A stretch of 64,000 nucleotides of DNA from Mobula hypostoma (taxonomy: Eukaryota): contig NC_086097.1 of NCBI RefSeq assembly GCF_963921235.1, positions 204,354,001 through 204,418,000 of the forward strand, read 5' to 3'. Under the pieces are notes generated by a model. That model saw only the letters and a list, made by a program, of their open reading frames with translations, was not told the origin of the DNA and did no database searches. Shown piece by piece: positions 50,775-63,049 of this stretch (its first letter is position 1; each line of letters opens with the position of its first letter). The position numbers and the translations under genes were made by a program.

Positions 50775-53030
50775 ATTTGCAGTTGTTAACTAGCAAACGA
50801 AACAACGAGGATGAACCCATCACTACCACCTGTCTTCCCTACATTTGCACAGTTTCTAGAACGATCGCCAGAATCCTAAAGAAATACCGGATTAATACCA
50901 ACCACAAGTTACAGCTTAGGTGGGTCAAAGTTGACTTGGGACTCAGGTTGGCTGTCATTTACGGGATTCCCTGTGAATGCAGAGCAGCGTTTATTGGCCA
51001 GATGGGATGCACGGTGGAAACCCGCGTCAAGGAGCACAGGTGGTGTATCCATTTAGGCTACCTGGAGCAATTGGCGGTAGCAGAACATTGCATTCACAAC
51101 AGCCATAGGACTGACTTTGATGGCACAAACCTACTGTGCCACGCCAATGGCTTTTGGGAAGCCATTGAAATAAAACTAGAGGAAAAGAATTTTAACAAAG
51201 ATGAAGGTCTCATTCTAAGTAAGGAACATATAGAACATAGAATAGCACAGCACGTTACAGGTCCTTCGGCCCACAAAGTTGTGCCGACCCTCAAACCCTG
51301 CCTCCCATATAACCCCCCACCTTAAATTCCTCCATATACCTGTCTAGTAGTCTCTTAAACTTCACTAGTGTATCTGCCTCCACCACTGACTCAGGCAGTG
51401 CATTCCATGCACCAACCACTCTCTGAGTAAAAAACCTTCCTCTAATATCCCCCTTGAACTTCCCACCCCTTACCTTAAAGCCATGTCCTCTTGTATTGTG
51501 CAGTGGTGCCCTGGGGAAGAGGCACTGGCTATCCACTCTATCTATTCCTCTTAATATCTTGTACACCTCTATCATGTCTTCTCTCATCCTCCTTCTCTCC
51601 AAAGAGTAAAGCCCTAGCTCCCTTAATCTCTGATCATGATGCATAATCTCTAAACCAGGCAGCACCCTGGGAAGTCTCCTCTGTACCCTTTCCAATGCTT
51701 CCACATCCTTCCTTATAGTGAGGCGACCAGAATTGGACACAGTACTCCAAGTGTGGCCTAACCAGAGTTTTATAGAACTGCATCATTACATCGCGACTCT
51801 TAAACTCTATCCCTCGACTTATGAAAGCTAACACCCCATAAGTTTTCTTAACTACCCTATCCACTTGTTAGGCAACTTTCAGGGTTCTGTGGACATCTAC
51901 CCCAAGATCCCTCTGCTCCTCCACACTACCAAGTATCCTGCCATTTACTTTGTACTCTGCCTTGGAGTTTGTCCTTCCAAAGTGTACCACCTCACATTTC
52001 TCCGGGTTGAACTCCATCTGCCACTTCTCAGCCCACTTCTGCATCCTATCAATGTCTCTCTGCAATCTTCGACAATCCTCTACACTATCTACATCACAAC
52101 CAACCGATGCTGACTGACCTGCTGAGTTCCTCTAGCGCATTGTGAGTGTTCCTTTGACAACAGCATCTGCAGATTATTTTGTGTTTAGATTCTCTACCTC
52201 ACTTGTCAGCCATGGTTCCTTCACCCTACCATTCTTTATCTTCCTCACCGGGACAAATTTATCCTTAACATCCTGCAGGAGATCCCTAAACATCGACCAC
52301 ATGTCCATAGTACATTTCCCTGCAAAAACATCATCCCAATTTACACCCGCAAGTCCTAGCCTTATAACCTCATAATTTACCCTTCCCCAATTAAAAATGT
52401 TCCTGTCCTCTCTGATTCTATCCTTTTCCATGATAATGCTAAAGGCCAGGGAGCGGTGGTCACTGTCCCCCAGATGCTCATCCACTGAGAGATCTGTAAC
52501 ATGACCCGGTTCATTACCTAGTACTAGATCTAGTATGGCATTCCCCCTAGTCCGCCTGTCCACATACTGTGACAGGAATCCGTCCTGGACACCCTTAACA
52601 AACACTGCCCCATCGAAACCCCTGGAACTAATCAGGTGCCAATCAATATTAGGGAAGTTAAAGACACCCATGGTAACAACCCTGTTATTTTTGCACCTTT
52701 ACAAAATCTGCCTCCCAATCTGCTCCTCAGTATCTCTGCTGCTACCAGGGGGCCTATAGAATACCCCCAATAGAGTAACTGCTCCCTTCCTGTTTCTGAC
52801 TTCCATCAATACCCATAAGGACTGGAATTCGATTGTAAACAAGGTAGGAGAGCGGAACCTGATTGGATGAGGACTAACCAATCAGGAGGGACGGACTATG
52901 GGGTTATAAATATGACTGCACTAGACATACCCAGGCATCATCCTTGAAGAAGATGGCAGAGTTTGTCATTGAAATGTTGATTTTAATCAATACCTGTACC
53001 TGGCTGGATGCCCGAGAAGAGTTTATTTGT
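50775..53030 (+). mobile_element. Second Penelope-like family: GIY-YIG region (50775-51225) and 3' terminus (52816-53030), split by a CR1
   Basis: LPYI...IARILKKY, VIYGIPCECRAAFIGQMG, RVKEH, AVAEH, EAIEI, NFNKDEG; rejoined end reads LSKDWNSI. Confidence 0.85.
51226..52815 (-). mobile_element. 5'-truncated, internally deleted CR1 (same subfamily as 31752-36658)
   Basis: High similarity to 31752-35180; 6-bp TSD TAAGGA (51220-51225 / 52816-52821). Confidence 0.92.
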
Positions 53031-53059
53031 TTTGTCTTCTTTTGTTTGGCATTTCTACC

Positions 53060-54035
53060 CTACAGGTCTCCACTTAGCCTCCAACACCAAGTTTGTTCAA
53101 CCTTTCCTTGTAGCTCATACCTTCTAATCCAAGCAGCATCCTGTTAAACTTCTACTCCACTCTCTCCACCATCTCCACAACCTTACAATAATGAGGAACC
53201 AGAACTGCACACAATACTTAACATGTGGTTGGACTGAAGTTTTATATAGCAGTTGCATGACTTCCTTATCTTCTACTTAGCATCTGTCTCAATGAAGGCA
53301 AGCATGCCATACACTTTCTTAACCACCTCCTCCAATTGTATACCACTTTCAGTGACCATGGTCCTGGACTCCAAGGTCTCTCTGTACTTCAATGCCATTA
53401 AGGAGCCGACCATTAACTGTATACCCTCTCTTTTCATTTGAACTTTCAAAGTGCGACACCTCATACTTACTGGGATTAAACTCCCTTTTCTGTAATTAAT
53501 CTATATTCCGCTGTAATCTTTGATAGTCCTTTGCATTGTTCACAACTCCACCAGTCTTGGTGTAATCAGCAAACTTGCTCATATGCCCATTTCCATTTTC
53601 ATCCAAATCATTGATATGTATCACAAGCAACAGAGGTCCCAACACCGATCCCGAATAACAGCCTTCCACTTACCCTCTCTGTCTTCAATGAGCAAGCCCT
53701 ATCTGATATAAAGCTTGCATTTCATCCTGTACCCTATGTGTCTTTTTCTTCTGAATCAATCTACATGAGGGGCCTTAACAAATGCTTCACTAAAGCCAAG
53801 TAGATAATGTCCACTGCTTTGTTGACATTCATCTCCTCAAAGCACTCAATCAAGATTGTAAGGCATGACCTGTCTTGGACTGTCCCTAACCAGGCCATGC
53901 TTTACCAAATGCAATGAATCCTATCCCTCAGCACCCACTCCAGTAGCTACCCTACCACTGACATGAAGCTCGCTGACCCATAGTTACCTGGATTATCCCT
54001 ATTCCTTTCTGGAACAAAGGTACAACATTTGCTAT
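53060..54035 (-). mobile_element. Old CR1 RT fragment
   Basis: PGNYGSASFMSVVG, QHGLV, KFADYTK, VVKKVYGMLAFI remnants. Confidence 0.75.
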
Positions 54036-54096
54036 TTTACATTTGAATGTTCCTGTTTGAATTTATTATCATCCATAATTTTTGTTGAAACATATT

Positions 54097-54860
54097 TAGA
54101 TAGATAGATAGATATACTTTATTAATCCAAGGGAAATTTTGTTTCGTTACAGCCGCACCAACCAAGAATCGAGTATAAATATAGCAATACAAAAACCACA
54201 AACAATCAAAGAACAAAATGCAAACTATGCCAGATGGAAAATAAGTCCAGGACCAGTCTATTGGCTCAGGGCGTCTGACCCTCCATGGGAGGAGCTGCAC
54301 GTTCGATGGCCACAGGCAGGAACGACCTCCCATGCTACCAAGTGTTGTATCACGGTGGAATGTGGCTGAAGTCCAACAGTAAAAAGTTCAATATCCAGTC
54401 TACAAACACGTTCCTCGATCGTAATATGACCCGGATTGCACCATCTGTTGTTAACCAGATCAGTAAGCACCCAACTCGTTTACGCTTACCGCTCTCAGTG
54501 CACTTCCGGTAAGCCAGAACGGTATTACCCACCGAACTCCTCTTCTCCAAAAGTCTCTGTTGTCTCGACCCAGTCCTCTTTCCTCGACTTTGTGACCCCC
54601 CTCTGCATCCTCTGTGTGTTTTCCTCTGGATTTCAGCAGGGGTGTCCGTCGCTCTGCTCGCTAAACCGGCTGGCATTAGCTGGTCCCTGGAATACACAAT
54701 GCGACCTTGCTTCTGTCCCGCGTGTCAGGATGTAATCATTTCCAGCGCTAAAAAAAACCCAAATAAAACTCTCTCTACCAGCATGTCAGAGAGGGTGCAA
54801 CTTCGACGTGTTACCATGAGGAAAAAAAAACAAAAAATAACGTAAGTTAAAAAGTTAAAA
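54097..54860 (-). mobile_element. Internally deleted (bipartite) Rex1 derivative
   Basis: 5' YSRDQL...HRGCRGG and NNRWCNPGHITIEERVC fused to a 3' end homologous to 11725-11930; (TCTA)n tail. Confidence 0.8.
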
Positions 54861-55845
54861 AGTTAAATACAATTATAAAAATAAATTGAGTTTATGTTTT
54901 GATATGCCATGTCTTTAGTCTTTTTTCTTGGATGCAAATGTTCTAGGATTTTTGACAATAATGGTCTTGGTTCTTACTCTGGTTAATGGAAGCCATTGGA
55001 TAAAACTTGGAATCTTACTAAGAAACATCAAGAAAGCTGTTACTGGAAATTAGGATATCTATTGCATTGGAGGCCCTCTTCTGACTTAAGACTGACATTC
55101 ATTGTTGAGGTCGGCATGATTTTATTTTGCATCTCAGTAATTCCAACATTGGAGTGAAGGGGGGAGGGTTAGGTGGAATGTGTAGGGATAACTATAGATG
55201 ACACCAAGGATTGTAACTGAATTAAGGCCTCCCTATAATGCTTTCAGTAAAGAAACAAATAAATTTAAAATATTACTTGCAATATAGGTTGTCCTAATAA
55301 TAGGGCTGCCAGCAATTCCCAGGGCAGCCCCAGCTGCTTAATGGGAGCAATTCCATTACCTGATTTGACATTTCTTCTAATGTGGGGTATGTCGAACAGC
55401 CATAATTTTTCCCAAATGTGAATAAGTGAATGTTTCATTGATAAAGGCTAGAGGTGCTGCCACAACTAAATCAAGAGTGTTTGATCGAACAGTGTAGACC
55501 ATGTAGCCATTGAATGTCACATACTGAGGACACTACTGAGCAAATGCAGTTTTGCCCGGTTGCTTAACCACACTTGGTCAAAGCAGTAGTCACTTTCTCA
55601 AAACAGTCGACAAAGCCCACAAAATACTAAAGACGTTTTGCAAAAAACTCCTCTTTCTCGCTACAAAATGCATGCATCCAATCATAAAAAAATACTTGCA
55701 GCAAAAGTGAATAATTTAGTTAAAACAGTAGCACACAGCATGACAAGACTAGCATAAATAAGCAATCATCAGATTAATGATTCAGCCATGATCAAATGGC
55801 AGAGCAGACTTGATGGGCTGAATGGTTCAGTTCTCCTCCTATGTC

Positions 55846-57211
55846 CATAAGACCATAAGACAAAGGAGCAGAAGTCGGCCATTCGGCCCATCGAGTCTGC
55901 TCCGCCATTTTGTCATGATCTGATCCATTCTCCCATTTAGTCCCACTCCCCCGTCTTCTCACCATAACCTTTGATGCCCTGGCTACTCAGATACCTATCA
56001 ATCTCTGCCTTAAATACACCCAATGACTTGGCCTCCACTGCCGCCCGTGGCAACAAATTCCATAGATTCACCACCCTCTGGCTAAAAAAATTTCTTCGCA
56101 TCTCTGTTCTGAATGGGCACCCTTCAATCCTTCAGACATGCCCTCTTGTACTAGACTCCCCCATCATGGGAAACAACTTTGCCACATCCACTCTGTGCAT
56201 GCCTTTCAACATTTGAAATGTTTCTATGAGGTCCCCCCTCATTCTTCTAAACTCCAAGGAATACAGTCCAAGAGCGGACAAACGTTGCTCATATGTTAAC
56301 CCTCTCATTCCCGGAATCATTTTAGTGAATCCTCTCTGTACCCTCTCCAACGTCAGCACATCCTTTCTTAAATAAGGAGCCCAAAACTGCACACAGTACT
56401 TCAATTGAGTTCTTACTAGTGCCTTATAGAGCCTCATCATCACATCCCTGCTCCTATACTTTATTCCTCTAGAAATGAATGCCAACATAGCATTCGTTTT
56501 CTTCACCACCGACTCAACCTAGAGGTTAACCTTAAGGGTATCCTGCACGAGGACTCCCAAGTCCTGTTGCATCTCAGAACTTTGAATTCTCTCCCCATTT
56601 AAATAATAGTCTGCCTGTTTATTTCCATACACTTTCCAACACTGTATTTCATTTGCCACTTCTTTGTCCATTCTTCCAATCTATCCAAGTCTCTCTGCAG
56701 ACTCTGTTTCCTCAGCACTACCGGCCCCTCCACCTATCTTTGTATCATCAGCAAACTTAGCCACAAAGCCATCTATTCCATAATCCAAATCGATGATGTA
56801 CAATGTAAAAAGGAGTGGCCCCAACACGGAAACCCCTGTGGAAAACCACTGGTAACCGGCAGCCAACCAGAATAGGATCCCTTTATTCCCACTCTCTGTT
56901 TCCTGCCAATCAGCCAAAGCCCTATCCACTTATGTAACTTTCCTGTAATTCCATGGGCTCTCATCTTGTTTAGTAGTCTCATGTGTGGCACCTTGTCAAA
57001 GGCCTTCTGAAAATCCAAGTATACAACATCCACTGCATCTCCCTTGTCTAGCCTACTTGTAATTTCCTCAAGAAATTGTAATAGGTTTGTCAGGCAGGAT
57101 TTTCCTTTAAGGAAACCATACTGAGTTCTGCCTATCTTGTCATATGCCTCTAGGTACTCTGTAACCTCATCCTTGACAATTGACTCCAACAACTTCCCAA
57201 CCACTGATGTC
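55846..57211 (-). mobile_element. CR1 3' fragment, tail-to-tail with a short plus-strand CR1 3' end (~55780-55845)
   Basis: LDFQKAFDKVPH, KFADDTK, QFWAPY; (TCTTATGG)n tail. Confidence 0.92.
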
Positions 57212-57355
57212 TTAGGATCTTTTATTATTTCAGGTGGAAGTGAACAAAGCTTGGTGAACAGGTAAGCTTATATCGGTATCTGAAGATACAGATTTAGACA
57301 AATCTTATCTAGGAATATTCAAAAAAAATTGCCTTCACATAAAGGCAATGACAAA

Positions 57356-57990
57356 GGTGCAGTAGTGTAGTGGCTAGTGTAACACTTCACAGTGCCAGCA
57401 ATTGTGGTTCAATTCATGCTGCTGTCTGTGAAGAGTTTATACAAGGGATGATTGATAAGTTCGTGGTCTAAGGTAGAAGGAGATGAGTTATACAGCTCTC
57501 ATTACATGCACATGCAGTTCAACTCTTTGAATGATTATGCGGAAAGTTTGCAGTTAATAACTCATCTCCTTCTACTGTAGGCCACAAGCTTATCAATCAT
57601 CCCTGATAAGTTATAAACTGATGAGTTATTAACTTCAAACTTTCTGCATAATCACTCAAAGAGTTGAACTGCATGTGCATGTAAAGAGAGCTGTATAACT
57701 CATCTCCTTCTACCTTAGGCCACAAACTTATCAATCACCCCTCGTACGTTCTCCCCATGATTGCATGGGTTTCCTCTGGGTGCTCCAGATTCCTCACATT
57801 TTCCAAAGACACACAGGTTAGTAAGGTTCAATAAGTTGTCGGCATTGTGGGCTATTTTGGTGCCGGAAGCATGGCAAAGTTTATAGGCTGCCCCCAGCAC
57901 ATCCTTGGACTGCATTAGTTATTAACACAAACAATGTATTTTTCTATACATTTTGATCTTTTGACATACATGCTACAAATCTTTAAAAAA
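57356..57990 (+). mobile_element. V-SINE (HE1-like) split by a MITE
   Basis: tRNA-like head (GTAGTGGCTAG, GGTTCAATTC); V-domain GAGTTTATA|CGTTCTCCCCATG...GGGTTTCCTCTGGGTGCTCC rejoins across the insert. Confidence 0.75.
57442..57744. mobile_element. Mariner-like palindromic MITE with TA TSD
   Basis: TA|CAAGGGATGATTGATAAGTT...AACTTATCAATCACCCCTCG|TA; ~125-bp inverted arms. Confidence 0.88.
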
Positions 57991-60582
57991 AAATTTAAGT
58001 TGTGCTGTCAATTGGACTATGATATGCAGACAGCCTCTAGCTGCCAAGGACTCTCATGGTCACCACAGTACTGATCTTTTCTTCCTCTAGCTCAAGCCAC
58101 CGGGGACATCAGCAATATTAATAAATCCCAAGGACGCAAGTCACTGATGTATTTACTCAACAGGGTGAGCATTCTTATCAACTTCACCTCTGAATAAGGC
58201 TGCAGCAATATTTGCACATTGTACAATTCCCAAGGCTCTCATTTGTGCAAGCACCTGAGCCCCTGTACCAATGACATTTGCCAAAGGGGCTTCCAGTTCA
58301 TCCATATGCAATAGTCAGTGGTTGAGAAAAAGGAATCAGTTCAATGAATGCCCACTTCCACACAACCATATGGCAATATTTTTCAAAGGTAACTTGAAGG
58401 AGAATGTAGATTTTGAGAGCGGCAGCTGGGAAATTACAGCTTCCGTGTGCAGACTCTGGAGAGAATCACAAAATGATAGACTACTTTATTCACTTCTGTT
58501 TACTTTGTGTTCTGGATATGCATAATGACCTTCAGCAGACCATGTTGATGTCATGATGTTTGGGTGGATACTCTTCGTGACCAATCAGGATAACACAATG
58601 AAAGAACTGACTCAGAAGGTACAAATGCAACTTGAAATGGCCATTTTATTTCATTGTTTTATTCCTTGTTTCCCTGATAAAACAGAGGAAAGGACTATGT
58701 GCAATTCAAAAGCCTTATCACAATTCCTCTTATTATGACTTACATGATTTATTTTTCTTTCCATTTTTTTCTTTGCAAAAGAACAGAAAAAAATAGCCAG
58801 GTCTGCTTATGGAGTGAACATTGAAGCTTGTGCCTCTGGATGCCGATAATCTAATCTCCAGTGTTAAGATTGACAAATATGGAGACGATCAAAAAATAAG
58901 AAATTGAAGAGAACAAATATCTTGGAGAGAAAAGACAGTGAAGTTTGAGAATAATAATGGGTATTTTGATGCCTTGGTTTCACCTCATTTGGAACCAACA
59001 TAGATCAGCAGGCAAAGGGGTGAAGGATGAATGGCAACTTCTGCCATTTAGGACCTAAGCAGCAAAATTATGGAAATCTTCAAGGATATAGATAGGTGAG
59101 ATTTGGCTACCACAGAGTTTTGGGCACCCGGAATTGATCTGACTGAGAAGTGGAAAGTGATACAAAGAAGTGATCAGATTTGACACTTGTTCTGATTGTA
59201 ACAATGATGGCTGAGAGGCTTTAAGAGCTGGCAAGGTTTGACACATACAGCCAAATTTACACAGAGGGAGAGATTGAGGAAAGAAAGGAAGATAATGAAT
59301 TTATAACAGAACTTGATGACATGCAAGATGAAATGAGTGTAAATCAGTGAGGATGAGAAACCATGGTATATAGGGAGAGGGAGGAAAACAGAAACGACAG
59401 CTTGGTGAAAGGTTTGCAGTGGAACTCTGATCAGTGGTCAAGAAGGAGAATTTCTGCAAAGATTGTCGCTATTGGTCATGTTCAAAAAGGAAACTTTTAA
59501 TTTTACTTTAGCATTGGTATTGGGTAAGAGCAACAGTGCACAATTTGTTTGAAATGAACATACAGAACAGGTTAATGAAAACAAAAACTGCCGTGCTAGA
59601 AACCTGAACTAAAAGGTAGAAAATGCCAAAACTCTCAGCAGGTTGGGCAATACCCATGGTTTCTGACCTGAAATGTTAACTCAATTTCTTTGCGCACAGA
59701 TGTTGCCTGACCAGTTGAGTACTTCCAGAACATTTTTGTTTTTACAGCAAGTAGGTCACTTTTGTTAGCTAATCCATTTGTTCAAAATTTACAGTAAGAA
59801 TACGGGTGCTTTAACTTTTTGAAGCATCTGTAGTGCCTATTTCAATAACTACTTCCTGTGACTCTGCTTAATGATTTCAAGCTGAAAATCAACCTGGCTC
59901 TAAACCATTTAAATGGATCTATGAGAAGGACATTAGAGCAAAATCAGTTTGAGAGAAAGAGAACGAGCAAGCGAGCAGTGTTACTGTTAAAAAACTTCCA
60001 CGTTATTATTTAAAGAACATTGCTATCTTTAATAACAATGCTAATAAATGGTGACATGGATTTTCATTGATCACTGTGGTAAAGTTACAAATTTACAGAG
60101 AATGGCCATGCCTCTTCCACAGTCGATTGCCAGAAAATATACAGCATGTAAGATGCAAAGTTATGGATGTCGATAAAATTGCTCTTCTCCTCCCTGCCAC
60201 AATGTTAACTACATGCATCAGCATCAAACAAAATTAAGTGAAATTGAAGTTTATCTGCTGGTACATATGGTAATATTAGTACACCAAAGTTATGGCAAGT
60301 ATTTAAAATATTTCTGCTGTTCAGATCTAAACAGTAATCTCTTTGGTTGTACCCATTTTCCTGTGGTAATACAAGACTGGTAGAACTTTTCCTCATTCAC
60401 TTAAAGGAAGTGGGCATCACTGGCATTTCTAACATTCACTTTCCATTCATAATTGCCTCTGATGAGGAAGCTATAAGTAGCTTTTTACCCCCCACAGTGC
60501 TATAGTATATTCAGGTACTCTCAGCATTATGGAGTAGGGAATTCTAGAATTTAGACCTAGAAAACACATCAGAACCACAATA

Positions 60583-61118
60583 CACTCAGTGGCCACTTTA
60601 TTAGGTACTGGAGTAGAACCTAGTGTGGTCTTCTGCTGCTTTAGCCCATCCACATCAATGTTCATCATTTTGTGCATTTAGACAAGATCTTCTGCCACCT
60701 TTGTTGTAACCCATGGTTATCTGAGTTACTGTTGCCTTCCTGTCAGCTTGAACCAGTCTGGCCATTCTCCTCTGACCTCTTTCATTAACAAGGCATTTTC
60801 ACCCACAGAACTGCTGCCCACTGGATGTTCTTTGTTTCTCAAACCATTCTCTGTGAACTCTAGAGACTGTTTTGCATGAAAATCCAGGAGATCAACAGTT
60901 TCTGATATACTCAAAGCATCCCAACTGACACTAACAATCATTCCAGGATCAAAATCATTTAGATCACATTTCTTCCTTCTTCTGATGTTCAATCTGAACA
61001 ACTGAACCTTTTGATCATTTCTGCATGCTTTTATTCATTGAGTTGCTGCTACATAATTGGCTGATTAGATAATTGCATTAACAAGCAGGTGTACCCCGAG
61101 TAAAGTGGCCACTTAGTG
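60583..61118 (-). mobile_element. Non-autonomous Tc1-like element with both TIRs and transposase N-terminal remnant
   Basis: TA|CACTCAGTGGCCACTTTATTAGGTAC...GTAC...TAAAGTGGCCACTTAGTG|TA; KKCDLNDFDPGMIV...LSISETVDLL resembles a Tc1 paired-like HTH. Confidence 0.88.
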
Positions 61119-62574
61119 TACATTTCCAAGTCTGGATAGCTCAGAAAGGAAGGGATGATTGTGAGAGATTTAGATGTAGAATCATCAAGGACCATCTCAT
61201 GATAAAATACCAATTGTAAACATCAAACATTAAGATCAGAGTTCGGAATGCATTACTAAGTTGGAAGGATGCCTTACAAACTCGAAAGTAGCTCAAAGAC
61301 CTGATTACACGACTCATGAATAACCTCCAGGATGTCAGAAGGAACAAATTACTAAGAGGAGGATCAAGCTTTTGGAGACAGCTTAAGTGGCTCTTCCCAC
61401 ACACCTGCTGCCATTATCTTTTTTGGTGGTATGTGCGATGACTTAGGATTTGTTGTCAGATTACGATGGTGAAAATATTAAGCTCTTTTGCAGGAACTGT
61501 AGTTTGCAATGTGGCTGTGTTTTCTGCATTGCATCAGCGCACCTTGATATTTACCACACTGGCTATAGCATATGTTTAAATTTGCATTTGCTTTCAGATG
61601 TAACTATGAAAAACTTGTAACCCACATAGAGATTTCCATGCCTGAATTTCAGATGTCTCATTTGATCTAATTCCATGCAATTGCTCTCACCTGTCACAAG
61701 AAATAGTCTTATGACCTATTATTTATATCACTTCACCCACATGTGTGATTTAACCAGTTCTGAGCAACTGCTTTGGAATATTTCCAATTATTTTCTAGAT
61801 TCGTGTTGTACCTGCCTGAATTTCCAGATACATAGGCCGGATTATATGGGTGCATATTATTTTAAGTACTTACCCATATTTTTCTCAAAATATCTAATGC
61901 ACGGTACTCTTGAAGTAAGCAAATCTTCTTTGTCTTTATTTTTTGAATTCTACATTTATGAAATATTTCAAGGAGAGTAAATTGTACAAATGTGTAGAAT
62001 AAGGATAGATATCACCAAACTTGACTAATCTGCCTTTGTTCAGCCCACTGCAGGCAGCATACATACTTGGTGATTTCGTTCATTAAGGTGATTTTGACTT
62101 GCAGTCTATATGAGCCATTCTAATAACTAGATTAGTGCTTCAAAGTGGTGTAATTTGGGGAAGTGAGCTAAGCCCTCAGCCTATCTGATGTTGGAAGAAT
62201 TAATAGAGATGGAAAAGAGGAAAGATTCGGACAACTCATAGGAGATCAGAAAGCACTCCAGTGACAAAGCATGAAGGCAAGACGAATAGAAAATTTATGA
62301 GGCAATATGAAGAAAAGCAGGAATCAGTAGCCTCATATGGATGAGTCTAACTTCAAATGTTCCATGTTACCAAATGGGTCACCCACTACACAATGTACCA
62401 CAGCATTATTCACCTACCCATATCTCTGCCAGTCAGGGCTCACATCTCTAACATTCATTTGCCATTTCACTCCCTCACACTGTTACCCTGTTCCAAGCAT
62501 TACATGTACACTTTGCTGTTTGACATTATGTTCTGTCTAATGGCTAATGGCTCTGCTTCTATTCCAGCATTCGC

Positions 62575-62930
62575 AGAGGGCATAGATTGAGCAGATAGCC
62601 AGAGTCTTTTCCAGGGCTTTTATGGCTAAGATAAGGAGGCATAATTTTAAGGTGATTGGAAGTATGGCAGTGGGGGGCAGTTTTTATAAAAAATCAGACA
62701 GAGTGGTTGGTGCATGGAAAGAGCTGCTGCGTGGGGGAGGGCAATGGTTGGAAGCAGGGGCAGATATATTTGTGTCATTTAAGAGACCCTTAGGCACATG
62801 GATGACATAAAAACGGAAGGCTATTAGGAGTGAACACTCAGATTGATCTTGGTGTAGGTTAAAAGGTTGGCATAACATTGGGAGCTAAAGGACCTGTACT
62901 GCGCTGTATTGTCCGATGTTCTATGTTCAC
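62575..62930 (+). mobile_element. Old CR1 3' end fragment
   Basis: RRHNFKVIG, RVVGAWK, FKRPL remnants and GTTCTATGTTC tail. Confidence 0.75.
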
Positions 62931-63049
62931 CGGACAGATAAGAGAATCAAGCTTTTCAAATCAGCGTTTCCACCCTTATTTGCAATCACTCACCTCTAAA
63001 GTGCTCTCCATGTTGTTCGCATATCCAACACCAAATATCAGAAACAGAC

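Noticed and set aside
50543..51325. 260-aa ORF as a novel GIY-YIG fusion protein
   Set aside because: Chance read-through of antisense CR1, the inverted ORF1 piece, a decayed Penelope endonuclease and a CR1 tail; GTG start and degenerate motif.
57356..57425. tRNA gene
   Set aside because: Only A/B-box-like remnants of a SINE head; no cloverleaf.
59590..59740. Imperfect hairpin resembling a pre-miRNA
   Set aside because: Arms resemble the decayed Penelope-type terminal motif seen repeatedly in the window.
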